From: Eledone cirrhosa | Taxonomy: Eukaryota | Direction: 5' to 3' | Length of the DNA stretch: 64,000 bases | NCBI GenBank assembly: GCA_964016885.1 | Contig: OZ024740.1 | Span: 20,708,001-20,772,000, forward strand | Translations under genes and position numbers: made by a program | Notes under the pieces: model-generated | The model's input: only the letters and a program-made list of their open reading frames with translations | What the model was told of the DNA's origin: nothing | Databases searched by the model: none | Shown: piece after piece, positions 1-15,000 of the stretch | Numbering within the stretch: position 1 is the stretch's first letter | Layout of the letters: each line of letters begins with the position of its first letter

Positions 1-739
1 CCTATACTGCCAATCCACCACCCTAGCATGGTGTCAGACCTTCTACCTATACTACCAATCCACCACTCTAGCATGGCGTCAGACCCTCTACCGATACTGC
101 TAATCCACCACCCTAGCATGGCGTCGGACCCTCTACCAATACTGCCAATCCACCACCCTAACATGGTGTCAGACGCTCTACCTATACTGCCAGTCCACCA
201 CCCCAGCATGGCGTCAGACTCTCTACCAATACTGCCAATACACCACCCTAACATGGTGTCAGACCCTCTACCAATACTGCCAATCCACCACCCTAGCATT
301 GTGTCAGATCCTCTAGCTATACTACCAATCCACCACCCTAACGTGGTGTTCGACCCTCTACCAATACTGCCAATCCACCACCCTACCATGGTGTCTGACC
401 CTTTACCTATACTACCAATCCACCACCCTAGCATGGCGTCAGACCCTCTACCGATACTGCCATTTCACCGCCCTAGCATGGTGTCTGACCCTCTACCAAT
501 ACTACTAATCCACCACCCCTACTTGTGTCAGACCCTCTACCTATACTACCAATCCACCAACCTAACATGGTGGACGACCCTCTACCGATACTACCAATCC
601 ACCACCCTAGCATGGTGTCAGACCCTCTACCTATACTGCCAATCCACCACCCTAACCTGTCGTCAGACCCTCTACCTATACTGCCAATCCACCACCCTAA
701 CATGGCGTCAGACCCTCTACTGATACTGCCAATCCACCA

Positions 740-3700
740 CCCTAACATGGTGTCAGACCCTCTACCTATACTGCCAGTCCACCACCCTAAGATGGCCTCA
801 GACCCTCTACCGATACTGCCAATCCACCACCCTAACATGGTGTCAGACCCTCTATCAATACTACCAAACCACCCCTCTAGCATGGTCTGCGACCCTCTAC
901 CGATACTGACAATCCACCACCCTAACATGGTGTCAGAAAGTCTACCAATACTGCCAGTCCACCACCCTAGCATGGTGTCCGACCCTCTACAGATACTGCC
1001 AATCCACCACCCTAACATGGCGTGGGACCCTCTACCAATACTGCCAATCCACCAGCCTAGCATAGCGTCAGATCCTCTACCAATACTGCCAGTCCACCAC
1101 CCTAGCATGGTGTCCGATCCTCTACCGATACTGCCAATCCACCACCCTTGCATGGTGTCCGACCCTCTACCAATACTGCCAATCCACCACCCTAACATGG
1201 TGTCAGACGCTCTATCTATACTGCCAATCCACCACCCTAGCATGGTGTCAGACCCTCTACCTATACTACCAATCCACCACTCTAGCATGGCTTCAGACCC
1301 TCTACCAATACTGCCAATCCACCACCCTAACATGGCGTCAGACCCTCTACTGATACTGCCAATCCACCACCCTAGCATGGTGTCCAGCCCTCTAACTATA
1401 CTGCCAGTCCACCACCCTAACATGGCCTCAGATCCTCTACCGATACTGCTAATCCACCAGCCTAACATGGTGTCAGACCCTCTACTGATAGTACCAATCC
1501 ACCACCCTAGCATGGTGACCGACCCTCTACCGATACTGCCAATCCACCGTCCTAACATGGTGTCAGGCACTCTACCGATTCTGCCAATACACCACCCTAA
1601 CATGGTGTCAGACCCTCTACCAATACTGCCAGTCCACCACCCTAGCATGGTGTCCGACCCTCTACCGATACTACCAATCCACCACCCGAGCATGGTGTCC
1701 GACCCTCTACCAATACTGCCAATCCACCGTCCTAACATGGTGTCAGGCACTCTACCGATTCTGCCAATACACCACCCTAACATGGTGTCAGACCCTCTAC
1801 CAATACTGCCAGTCCACCACCCTAGCATGGTGTCCGACCCTCTACCTGTACTACCAATCAACCACCCTACCATGGTGTCAGACCCTCTATCAATAATGTC
1901 AATCCACCCCCCTAGCATGGCGTCAGACCCTCTACCAATACTGCCAATCCACCATCCTAGCATGGCGTCAGACCCTCTACTGATACTGCCAGTCCACCAC
2001 CCTAACATGGCGTCAGAGCCTCTACCTATCCTATCACTCCACCACCCTAACATGGTGTCAGAAGCTGTACCGATACTGCCACTCCACCACCCTAGCATAG
2101 AGTCAGACCCTCTACCGATACTGCCAATCCACCAGGCTAGCATGGCGTCAGACCCTCTATCAATACTGTCAATCCACCCCCCTAGCATGGTGTCAGACCC
2201 TCTACCAATACTGCCAATCCACCACCCTAGCATGGTGTCCGACCCTCTACCAATACTGCCAATCCACCACTCTAACATGGTGTCAGACACTCTACCTATA
2301 CTGCCAATCCACCACCCTAACATGGTGTCAGACGCTCTACCGATACTGCCAATCCACCACCCTAGCATAGCGTCAGACCCTCTACCGATACTGCCAATCC
2401 ACCACCCTAGCATTGCGTCAGACTCTCTACCAATACTGCCAATCCACCAGCCTAGCATGGCGTCAGACACTCTACCAATAATGCCAATCCACCACCCTAG
2501 CAAGGCATCAGACCCTCTACGGATACTGCCAATCCACCACCCTAGCATCGTGTCAGACCCTCTAGCGATACTGCCAATCCACCACCCTAGCATGGTGTCC
2601 GACCCTCTACCGATACTGCCAATACACCGCTTTAGCATGTTGTCCGACCCTCTACCAATACTGCCAATCCACCACCCTAACATGGTGTCAGACGCTCTAC
2701 CTATACTGCCAATCCACCACCCTAGCATGGTGTCAGACCCTCTACCTACACTGCCTGTCCACCACCCAAACATAGTGTCAGGCACTCTACCTATACTACC
2801 AATCCACCACCCTAACATGGTGTGAAACCCTCTACCGATACTGCCAATCCACCACTCTAGCATGGCCTCAGACCCTCTACCGATACTGCCAATCCACCAC
2901 CCCAGCATGGCGTCAGACACTCTACCAATACTGCCAATCCACCACCCTAGCATGGCGTCAGACCCTCTACCAATACTGACAATCCACCACCCTAACATGG
3001 TGTCATACCCTCTACCAATACTGCCAATCCACCACTCTAGCATGGCGTCAAACCCTATACCGATACTGCCATTTCACCGCCCTAGCATGGTGTCAGACCC
3101 TCTACCAATACTACTAATCCACCACCCCTACATGGTGTCAGACCCTCTACCTATACTGCCAATCCACCACCCTAACATGGTGTCAGACCCACTACCGATA
3201 CTAACAAACCACCACCCTAGCATGGTGTCAGACCCTCTACCTATACTACCAATCCACCACCCTAACATGGCGTCATACCCTCTACCTATACTGCCAATCC
3301 ACCACCCTAACATGGCGTCAGACCCTCTACTGATACTGCCAATCCACCACCCTAGCATGGTGTCCAGCCCTCTACCTATACTGCCAGTCCACCACCCTAA
3401 CATGGCCTAAGACCCTCTACCGATACTGCCAATCCACCACGCTAGCATTGCGTCAGACTCTCTACTGATACTACCAATCCACCACCCTAACATGGTGTCA
3501 CACCCTCTACCAATACTGCCAGTCCAGCACACTAGCATGGTGTCCGACCCTCTACCGATACTGCCAATCCATCACCCTAGCATTGCGTCAGACTCTCTAC
3601 AAATACTGCCAATCCACCAGCCTAGCATGGTGTCCGACCCTCTACCAATACTGCCAATACACCACCCTAGCATCGGGTCAGACCCTCTACCGATACTGGC

Positions 3701-6700
3701 AATCCACCCCCCTAGCATGGTGCCCAGCCCTCTACCTATACTGCCAATCCACAACCTAGCATGGTGTCCGACCCTTTATCGATACTGCCAATCCACCACC
3801 GTAACATGGTGTCAGACCCTCTACCAATACTGCCAGTCCACCAACCTAGCATGGTGTTCGACCCTCTACCGATACTGCCAATCCACCACCCTTGCATGGT
3901 GTCCGACCCTCTACCAATACTGCCAATCCACCACCCTAACATGGTGTCAGACTCTCTACCTATACTGCCAATCCACCACCCTAGCATGGCGTCAGACCCT
4001 CTACCTACACTGCCTGTCCACCACCCAAACATGGTGTCAGACACTCTACCTATACTACCAATCCACCACCATAACAGGGTGTCAGACCCTCTACCAATAC
4101 TGCCAATCCACCACTCTAGCATGGCGTCAGACCCTCTACCGATACTGCCAATCCACCACTCTAGGTTGGCGTCAGACCCTCTACCGATACTGCCATTTCA
4201 CCGCCCTAGCATGGTGTCAGACCCTCTACCAATACTACTAATCGACCACCCCTACATGGTGTCAGACCCTCTACCTATACTGCCAATCCACCACCCTAAC
4301 ATGGCGTCAGACCCTCTACCTATACTGCCAATCCACCACCCTAACATGGCGTCAGATCCTCTACTGATACTGCCAATCCACCACCCTAGCATGGTGTCCA
4401 GCCCTCTACCTATACTGCCAGTCCACCACCCTAACATGGCCTCAAACCCTCTACCGATACTGCCAATCCACCATCCTAACATGGTGTCAGACACTCTACA
4501 AATACTGCCAGTCCACCACCCTAGCATGGTATCCGACCCTCTACCGATACTGCCAATCCACCACCCTAGCATGGTGTCCGACCCTCTACCTATACTGCCA
4601 ATCCACTACCCTAACATGGCGTCAGACCCTCTACCAATACTGCCAATCCACCGTCCTAACATGGTGTCAGACCCTCTACCAATACTACCAATCCACCACC
4701 CTAACATGGTGTCAGACACTCTATCTATACTGCCAATCCACCAACCTAACATGGTGTCAGACCCTCTACCGATACTGCCAATCCACCACCTAGCATGGCC
4801 TCAGACGCTCTACCGATACTGACAATCCAAAGCCCTAGCATTGCGTCAGACCCTCTGCCGATACTGCCAATCCACCATCCTAGCATTGCGTCAGACTCTC
4901 TACCAATACTGCCAATCCACCAGCCTAGCATGGCGTCAGACACTCTACCAATACTGCCAATCCACCAACCTAGCATAGCGTCAGACCCTCTACCAATACT
5001 GCCAATCCACCACCCTAGCATGGCGTCAGACCCTCTACCAATACTGCCAATCCACGACCCTAGCATGGTGTCCGACCCTCTACCGATACTGCCAATACAC
5101 CACCCTAACATGGTGTCAGACCCTCTACCAATACTGCCAATGCACCGTCCTAACATGGTGTCAGACCCTCTACCGATACTGCCAATCCACCACCCATGGT
5201 GTCAGACCCTCTACCTGTACTACTAATCAACCACCCTACCATGGTGTCAGACCCTCTATCAATACTGTCAATCCACCTCCCTAGCATGGCGTCAGACCCT
5301 CTACCTATACTGCCAGTCCACCATCCTAACATGGCATCAGAGCCTCTACCTAAACTGCCAATCAACAACCCTAACATGGTGTCTGACCCTGTACCGATTC
5401 TGCCAATCCACCACCCTAGCATAGCGTCAGACCCTCTACCTATACTGCCAGTCCACCATCCTAACATGGCATCAGAGCCTCTACCTAAACTGCCAATCAA
5501 CAACCCTAACATGGTGTCTGACCCTGTACCGATACTGCCAATCCACCACCCTAGCATGGCGTCAGACTCTCTACCAATACTGCCAATCCACCAGGCTAGC
5601 ATGGCGTCAGAGCCTCTACGAATACTGCCAATCCACCACCCTATAATGGTATGCGACCCTCTACCGATACTGCCAATCCACCACCCTAGCATGGTGTCCA
5701 GCCCTATACCTATACTGCCAATCCACCACCCCAGCATGGTGTCAGACCCTCTACCGATACTGCCAATCCACCACCCTAACATGGTGTCTGACCCTCTACC
5801 TATACTACCAATCCACCACCCTAACATGGTCTCAGACCCTCTACCTATACTGCCAATCCACCACCCTAGCATGGTGTCCGACCCTCTACCGATACTGCCA
5901 ATCCACCACCCTAGCACGGTGTCCCACCCTCTATCGATACTGGCAATCCACCACCCTAACATGGTGTCAGACACTCTACCAATACCTGCCAGTTCACCAC
6001 CCTAGCATGGTGTCCAACCCTCTAACGATACTGCCAATCCACCACCCTAGCATGGTGTCCGACCTTCTACCTATACTACCAATCCACCACCCTAGCATGG
6101 TGTCAGACCCTATACCGATACTGCCAATCCACCACCCTAACATGGTGTCAGACCCTCTACCTATTCTGCCAGTCCACCACACTAACATGGCGTCAGACCT
6201 CTACCTATACTACCAATCCACCACCCTAAGATGGTGTCCGACCCTCTACCTACACTGCCAGTTCACCACCCTAGCATGGTGTCAGAACCTCTACCTACAC
6301 TGCCAGTTCACCACCCTAGCATGCTGTCAGACCCTCTAACGATACTGCCAATCCACCACCCTAACATGGCGTCTGACCCTCTACCTATACTGCCAATCCA
6401 CCCCCCTAACATGGTGTCAGACCCTCTACCTATACTGCCAGTCCACCACCCTAAGATGGCCTCAGACCCTCTACCGATACTGCCAATCCACCACCCTAAC
6501 ATGGTGTCAGACCCTCTATCAATACTACCAAACCACCCCTCTAGCATGGTCTGCGACCCTCTACCGATACTGACAATCCACCACCCTAACATGGTGTCAG
6601 AAAGTCTACCAATACTGCCAGTCCACCACCCTAGCATGGTGTCCGACCCTCTACAGATACTGCCAATCCACCACCCTAACATGGCGTGGGACCCTCTACC

Positions 6701-9700
6701 AATACTGCCAATCCACCAGCCTAGCATAGCGTCAGATCCTCTACCAATACTGCCAGTCCACCACCCTAGCATGGTGACCGATCCTCTACCGATACTGCCA
6801 ATCAACCACCCTTGCATGGTGTCCGACCCTCTACCAATACTGCCAATCCACCACCCTAACATGGTGTCAGACGCTCTATCTATACTGCCAATCCACCACC
6901 CTAGCATGGTGTCAGACCCTCTACCTATACTACCAATCCACCACTCTAGCATGGCTTCAGACCCTCTACCAATACTGCCAATCCACCACCCTAACATGGC
7001 GTCAGACCATCTACTGATACTGCCAATCCACCACCCTAGCATGGTGTCCAGCCCTCTAACTATACTGCCAGTCCACCACCCTAACATGGCCTCAGATCCT
7101 CTACCGATACTGCTAATCCACCAGCCTAACATGGTGTCAGACCCTCTACTGATAGTACCAATCCACCACCCTAGCATGGTGACCGACCCTCTACCGATAC
7201 TGCCAATCCACCGTCCTAACATGGTGTCAGGCACTCTACCGATTCTGCCAATACACCACCCTAACATGGTGTCAGACCCTCTACCAATACTGCCAGTCCA
7301 CCACCCTAGCATGGTGTCCGACCCTCTACCGATACTACCAATCCACCACCCGAGCATGGTGTCCGACCCTCTACCAATAATGCCAATCCACCGTCCTAAC
7401 ATGGTGTCAGACACTCTACCGATACTGCCAATCCAACACCCTAACTAGGTGTCACACCCTCTACCAATGCTGCCAGTCCACCACCCTAGCATGGTGTCCG
7501 ACCCTCTACCTGTACTACCAATCAACCACCCTAGCATGGCGTCAGACCCTCTACCAATACTGTCAATCCACCATCCTAGCATGGCGTCAGACCCTCTACT
7601 GATACTGCCAGTCCACCACCCTAACATGGCGTCAGAGCCTCTACCTATACTATCACTCCACCACCCTAACATGGTGTCAGAAGCTGTACCGATACTGCCA
7701 CTCCACCACCCTAGCATAGAGTCAGACCCTCTACCGATACTGCCAATCCACCAGGCTAGCATGGCGTCAGACCCTCTATCAATACTGTCAATCCACCCCC
7801 CTAGCATGGTGTCAGACCCTCTACCAATACTGCCAATCCACCACCCTAGCATGGTGTCCGACCCTCTACCAATACTGCCAATCCACCACTCTAACATGGT
7901 GTCAGACACTCTACCTATACTGCCAATCCACCACCCTAACATGGTGTCAGACGCTCTACCGATACTGCCAATCCACCACCCTAGCATAGCGTCAGACCCT
8001 CTACCGATACTGCCAATCCACCACCCTAGCATTGCGTCAGACTCTCTACCAATACTGCCAATCCACCAGCCTAGCATGGCGTCAGACACTCTACCAATAA
8101 TGCCAATCCACCACCCTAGCAAGGCATCAGACCCTCTACGGATACTGCCAATCCACCACCCTAGCATCGTGTCAGACCCTCTAGCGATACTGCCAATCCA
8201 CCACCCTAGCATGGTGTCCGACCCTCTACCGATACTGCCAATACACCGCTTTAGCATGTTGTCCGACCCTCTACCAATACTGCCAATCCACCACCCTAAC
8301 ATGGTGTCAGACGCTCTACCTATACTGCCAATCCACCACCCTAGCATGGTGTCAGACCCTCTACCTACACTGCCTGTCCACCACCCAAACATAGTGTCAG
8401 GCACTCTACCTATACTACCAATCCACCACCCTAACATGGTGTGAAACCCTCTACCGATACTGCCAATCCACCACTCTAGCATGGCCTCAGACCCTCTACC
8501 GATACTGCCAATCCACCACCCCAGCATGGCGTCAGACACTCTACCAATACTGCCAATCCACCACCCTAGCATGGCGTCAGACCCTCTACCAATACTGACA
8601 ATCCACCACCCTAACATGGTGTCATACCCTCTACCAATACTGCCAATCCACCACTCTAGCATGGCGTCAAACCCTATACCGATACTGCCATTTCACCGCC
8701 CTAGCATGGTGTCAGACCCTCTACCAATACTACTAATCCACCACCCCTACATGGTGTCAGACCCTCTACCTATACTGCCAATCCACCACCCTAACATGGT
8801 GTCAGACCCACTACCGATACTAACAAACCACCACCCTAGCATGGTGTCAGACCCTCTACCTATACTACCAATCCACCACCCTAACATGGCGTCATACCCT
8901 CTACCTATACTGCCAATCCACCACCCTAACATGGCGTCAGACCCTCTACTGATACTGCCAATCCACCACCCTAGCATGGTGTCCAGCCCTCTACCTATAC
9001 TGCCAGTCCACCACCCTAACATGGCCTAAGACCCTCTACCGATACTGCCAATCCACCACGCTAGCATTGCGTCAGACTCTCTACTGATACTACCAATCCA
9101 CCACCCTAACATGGTGTCACACCCTCTACCAATACTGCCAGTCCAGCACACTAGCATGGTGTCCGACCCTCTACCGATACTGCCAATCCATCACCCTAGC
9201 ATTGCGTCAGACTCTCTACAAATACTGCCAATCCACCAGCCTAGCATGGTGTCCGACCCTCTACCAATACTGCCAATACACCACCCTAGCATCGGGTCAG
9301 ACCCTCTACCGATACTGGCAATCCACCCCCCTAGCATGGTGCCCAGCCCTCTACCTATACTGCCAATCCACAACCTAGCATGGTGTCCGACCCTTTATCG
9401 ATACTGCCAATCCACCACCGTAACATGGTGTCAGACCCTCTACCAATACTGCCAGTCCACCAACCTAGCATGGTGTTCGACCCTCTACCGATACTGCCAA
9501 TCCACCACCCTTGCATGGTGTCCGACCCTCTACCAATACTGCCAATCCACCACCCTAACATGGTGTCAGACTCTCTACCTATACTGCCAATCCACCACCC
9601 TAGCATGGCGTCAGACCCTCTACCTACACTGCCTGTCCACCACCCAAACATGGTGTCAGACACTCTACCTATACTACCAATCCACCACCATAACAGGGTG

Positions 9701-12050
9701 TCAGACCCTCTACCAATACTGCCAATCCACCACTCTAGCATGGCGTCAGACCCTCTACCGATACTGCCAATCCACCACTCTAGGTTGGCGTCAGACCCTC
9801 TACCGATACTGCCATTTCACCGCCCTAGCATGGTGTCAGACCCTCTACCAATACTACTAATCGACCACCCCTACATGGTGTCAGACCCTCTACCTATACT
9901 GCCAATCCACCACCCTAACATGGCGTCAGACCCTCTACCTATACTGCCAATCCACCACCCTAACATGGCGTCAGATCCTCTACTGATACTGCCAATCCAC
10001 CACCCTAGCATGGTGTCCAGCCCTCTACCTATACTGCCAGTCCACCACCCTAACATGGCCTCAAACCCTCTACCGATACTGCCAATCCACCATCCTAACA
10101 TGGTGTCAGACACTCTACAAATACTGCCAGTCCACCACCCTAGCATGGTATCCGACCCTCTACCGATACTGCCAATCCACCACCCTAGCATGGTGTCCGA
10201 CCCTCTACCTATACTGCCAATCCACTACCCTAACATGGCGTCAGACCCTCTACCAATACTGCCAATCCACCGTCCTAACATGGTGTCAGACCCTCTACCA
10301 ATACTACCAATCCACCACCCTAACATGGTGTCAGACACTCTATCTATACTGCCAATCCACCAACCTAACATGGTGTCAGACCCTCTACCGATACTGCCAA
10401 TCCACCACCTAGCATGGCCTCAGACGCTCTACCGATACTGACAATCCAAAGCCCTAGCATTGCGTCAGACCCTCTGCCGATACTGCCAATCCACCATCCT
10501 AGCATTGCGTCAGACTCTCTACCAATACTGCCAATCCACCAGCCTAGCATGGCGTCAGACACTCTACCAATACTGCCAATCCACCAACCTAGCATAGCGT
10601 CAGACCCTCTACCAATACTGCCAATCCACCACCCTAGCATGGCGTCAGACCCTCTACCAATACTGCCAATCCACGACCCTAGCATGGTGTCCGACCCTCT
10701 ACCGATACTGCCAATACACCACCCTAACATGGTGTCAGACCCTCTACCAATACTGCCAATGCACCGTCCTAACATGGTGTCAGACCCTCTACCGATACTG
10801 CCAATCCACCACCCATGGTGTCAGACCCTCTACCTGTACTACTAATCAACCACCCTACCATGGTGTCAGACTCTCTATCAATACTGTCAATCCACCTCCC
10901 TAGCATGGCGTCAGACCCTCTACCTATACTGCCAGTCCACCATCCTAACATGGCATCAGAGCCTCTACCTAAACTGCCAATCATCAACCCTAACATGGTG
11001 TCTGACCCTGTACCGATTCTGCCAATCCACCACCCTAGCATAGCGTCAGACCCTCTACCTATACTGCCAGTCCACCATCCTAACATGGCATCAGAGCCTC
11101 TACCTAAACTGCCAATCAACAACCCTAACATGGTGTCTGACCCTGTACCGATACTGCCAATCCACCACCCTAGCATGGCGTCAGACTCTCTACCAATACT
11201 GCCAATCCACCAGGCTAGCATGGCGTCAGAGCCTCTACGAATACTGCCAATCCACCACCCTATAATGGTATGCGACCCTCTACCGATACTGCCAATCCAC
11301 CACCCTAGCATGGTGTCCAGCCCTATACCTATACTGCCAATCCACCACCCCAGCATGGTGTCAGACCCTCTACCGATACTGCCAATCCACCACCCTAACA
11401 TGGTGTCTGACCCTCTACCTATACTACCAATCCACCACCCTAACATGGTCTCAGACCCTCTACCTATACTGCCAATCCACCACCCTAGCATGGTGTCCGA
11501 CCCTCTACCGATACTGCCAATCCACCACCCTAGCACGGTGTCCCACCCTCTATCGATACTGGCAATCCACCACCCTAACATGGTGTCAGACACTCTACCA
11601 ATACCTGCCAGTTCACCACCCTAGCATGGTGTCCAACCCTCTAACTATACTGCCAATCCACCACCCTAGCATGGTGTCCGACCTTCTACCTATACTACCA
11701 ATCCACCACCCTAGCATGGTGTCAGACCCTATACCGATACTGCCAATCCACCACCCTAACATGGTGTCAGACCCTCTACCTATTCTGCCAGTCCACCACA
11801 CTAACATGGCGTCAGACCTCTACCTATACTACCAATCCACCACCCTAAGATGGTGTCCGACCCTCTACCTACACTGCCAGTTCACCACCCTAGCATGGTG
11901 TCAGACCCTCTACCTACACTGCCAGTTCACCACCCTAGCATGCTGTCAGACCCTCTAACGATACTGCCAATCCACCACCCTAACATGGCGTCTGACCCTC
12001 TACCTATACTGCCAATCCACCCCCCTAACATGGTGTCAGACCCTCTACCT
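740..12050. repeat. Near-identical ~5.6-kb tandem duplication within the satellite (copy A ~740-6400, copy B ~6400-12050)
   Basis: Rare variants recur in the same order at fixed offsets: AAAGTCTACC at 937 and 6601 (5664), GAAGCTGTAC at 2061 and 7680 (5619). ORF pairs are also offset by 5619 (2862/8481, 3761/9380, 5196/10815, 6007/11626). Confidence 0.95.
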
Positions 12051-15000
12051 ATTCTGCCAGTCCACCACCCTAACATGGCATCAGACCTCTACCTATACTA
12101 CTAATCCACCACCCGAAGATGGTGTCCGACCCTCTACCTACACTGCCAGTTCACCACCCTAGCATGGTGTCAGAACCTCTACCTACACTGCCAGTTCACC
12201 ACCCTAGCATGCTGTCAGACCCTCTAACGATACTGCCAATCCACCACCCTAACATGGCCTCTGACCCTCTACCTATACTGCCAATCCACCACCCTAACAT
12301 GGTGTCAGACCCTCTACCTATTCTGCCAGTCCACCACCCTAACATGGCGTCAGACCCTCTACCTATACTACCAATCCACCACCCTAAGATCGTGTCCGAC
12401 CCTCTACCTACACTGCCAGTTCACCACCCTAGCATGGTGTCAGAACCTCTACCTACACTGCCAATCCACCACCCTAACATGGCGTCTGACCCTCTACCTA
12501 TACTGCCAATCCACCACCATAGCATGGTGTCAGACCCTCTACCTATATTGCCAATCCACCACCTTAACATGGTGTTCGACCCTCTACCTATTCTGCCAGT
12601 CCACCACCCTAACATGGCGTCAGACCCTCTACCTATACTACCAATCCACCACCCTAACATGGTGTCCGAACCTCTACCTACACTGACAATACACCACCCT
12701 AACATGGTGTCAGACCCTCTACCAATACTGCCAATCCACCACCCTAGCCTGGTGTCCAACCCTCTACCGATACTGGCAATCCAGCACCCTAGCATGGTGT
12801 CCGACCCTCTACCTATACTACCAATCCACCACCCTAACATGGTGTCAGACCTTCTACCTACACTGCCAGTCCACCACCCTAACCTGGCGTCAGACCCTCT
12901 ACCTATACTGCCAATCCACCACCCTAACATGGTGTCAAACCCTCTACCAATACTGCCAATCCACCACCCTTACATGGTGTCAGACCCTCAACCAATACTG
13001 CCAATACACCACCCTAGCATGGCGTCCGACCCTCTACCTACACTGCCAGTTCACCAGCCTAGCATGGTGTCAGACCCTTTACCAATACTGCCAGTTCACC
13101 ACACTAGCATGGTGTCCGACCCTCTACCGATACTGCCAATCCACCACCCTAGCATGGTGTCCGACCTTCTACCTATACTACCAATCCACCACCCTAGCAT
13201 GGTGTCAGACCCTATACCGATACTGCCAATCCACCACCCTAACATGGCGTCTGACCCTCTACCTATACAGCAAATCCACCACCCTAACATGTTGTCAGAC
13301 CCTCTACCTATTCTGCCAGTCCAGCACCCTAACATGGCGTCAGACCCTCTACGTATACTACCAATCCACCACCCTAACATGGTGTCCGATCCTCTACCTA
13401 CACTGCCAGTTCACCACCCTAGCATGGTGTCAGACCCCCTACCTACACTGCCAGTTCACTACCCTAGCATGGTGTCAGACCCTCTAACGATACTGCCAAT
13501 CCCCCATCCTAACATGGTGTCCGATCCTCTACCTACACTGCCAGTTCACCACCCTAGCATGGTGTCAGACCCTCTACCTACACTGCCAGTTCACTACCCT
13601 AGCATGGTGTCAGACCATCTAACGATACTGCCAATCCACCACCCTAACATGGTGTCAGACCCTCTACCTACACTGCCAGTTCACTACCCTAGCATGGTGT
13701 CAGACCCTCTAACGATACTGCCAATCCACCACCCTAACATGGTGTCAGACCCTCTACCGATGCTGCCACTCCACCACCCTAACATGGTGTCAGACACTCT
13801 ACCAATACTGCCAACCCACCACCCTAGCATGGTGTGCGACCCTCTACCGATACTGCAATCCACCACCCTTGCATGGTGTCAGACCCTCTACCTATACTGC
13901 CAGTCCACCACCCTAACATGGTGTCAGACACTCTACCTATACTACCAAACCACCACCCTAACATGGTGTCAGACCCTCTACCTATACTGCCAATCCACCA
14001 ACCTAACATGGTGTCCGACCCTCTACCTACACTGCCAATACACCACCCTAACATGGTGTCAGACCCTCTACCTATTCTGCCAGTCCACCACCCTAACATG
14101 GCGTCAGACCCTCTACCTATACTACCAATCCACCACCCTAACATGGTGTCCGACCCTCTACCTACACTGCCAGTTCACCACCCTAGCATGGTGTCAGACC
14201 CTCTACCTACACTGCCAGTTCACTACCCTAGCATGGTGTCAGACCCTCTAACGATACTGCCAATCCACCACCTAACATGGTGTCAGATCCTCTACCGATG
14301 CTGCCACTCCACCACCCTAACATGGTGTCAGACGCTCTACCTATACTACCAATCCACCACCCTAACATGGTGTCAGACCCTCTACATATACTACCAATCC
14401 ACCACCCTAACAAGTGTCAGACCCTCTACCTATACTGCCAATCCACCACCCTAGCATGGTGTCAGACCCTCTACTAATACTGCCAGTCCACCACCCTAAC
14501 ATGGTGTCAGACCCTCTACCAATACTGCCAATCCACCACCCTAGCATGGTGTCAGACCCTCTACCTATACTGCCAATCCACCACCCTAACATGGTGTCAG
14601 ACCCTCTATCAATACTGCCAATCCACCTACCTAGCATGGCGTCAGACCCTCAACCAATACTGCCAATCCACCACCCTAGCATGGCGTCAGACCCTCTACC
14701 AATACTGCCAATCCACCACCCTAGCATGGTGTCCAACCCTCTACCGATACTGGCAATCCACCACCCTAGCATGGTGTCCGACCCTCTACCTATACTATCA
14801 ATCCACCACACTAACATGGTGTCAGACCCTCTACCTACACTTCCAGTCCACCACCCTAACATGGCGTGAGACCCTCTACCTATACTACAAATCCACCACC
14901 CTAACATGGTGTCCGACCCTCTACCTATACTGCCAGTTCACCACCCTAGCATGGTGTCAGACACTCTACCTACACTGCCAGTTCACCACACTAGCATGGT

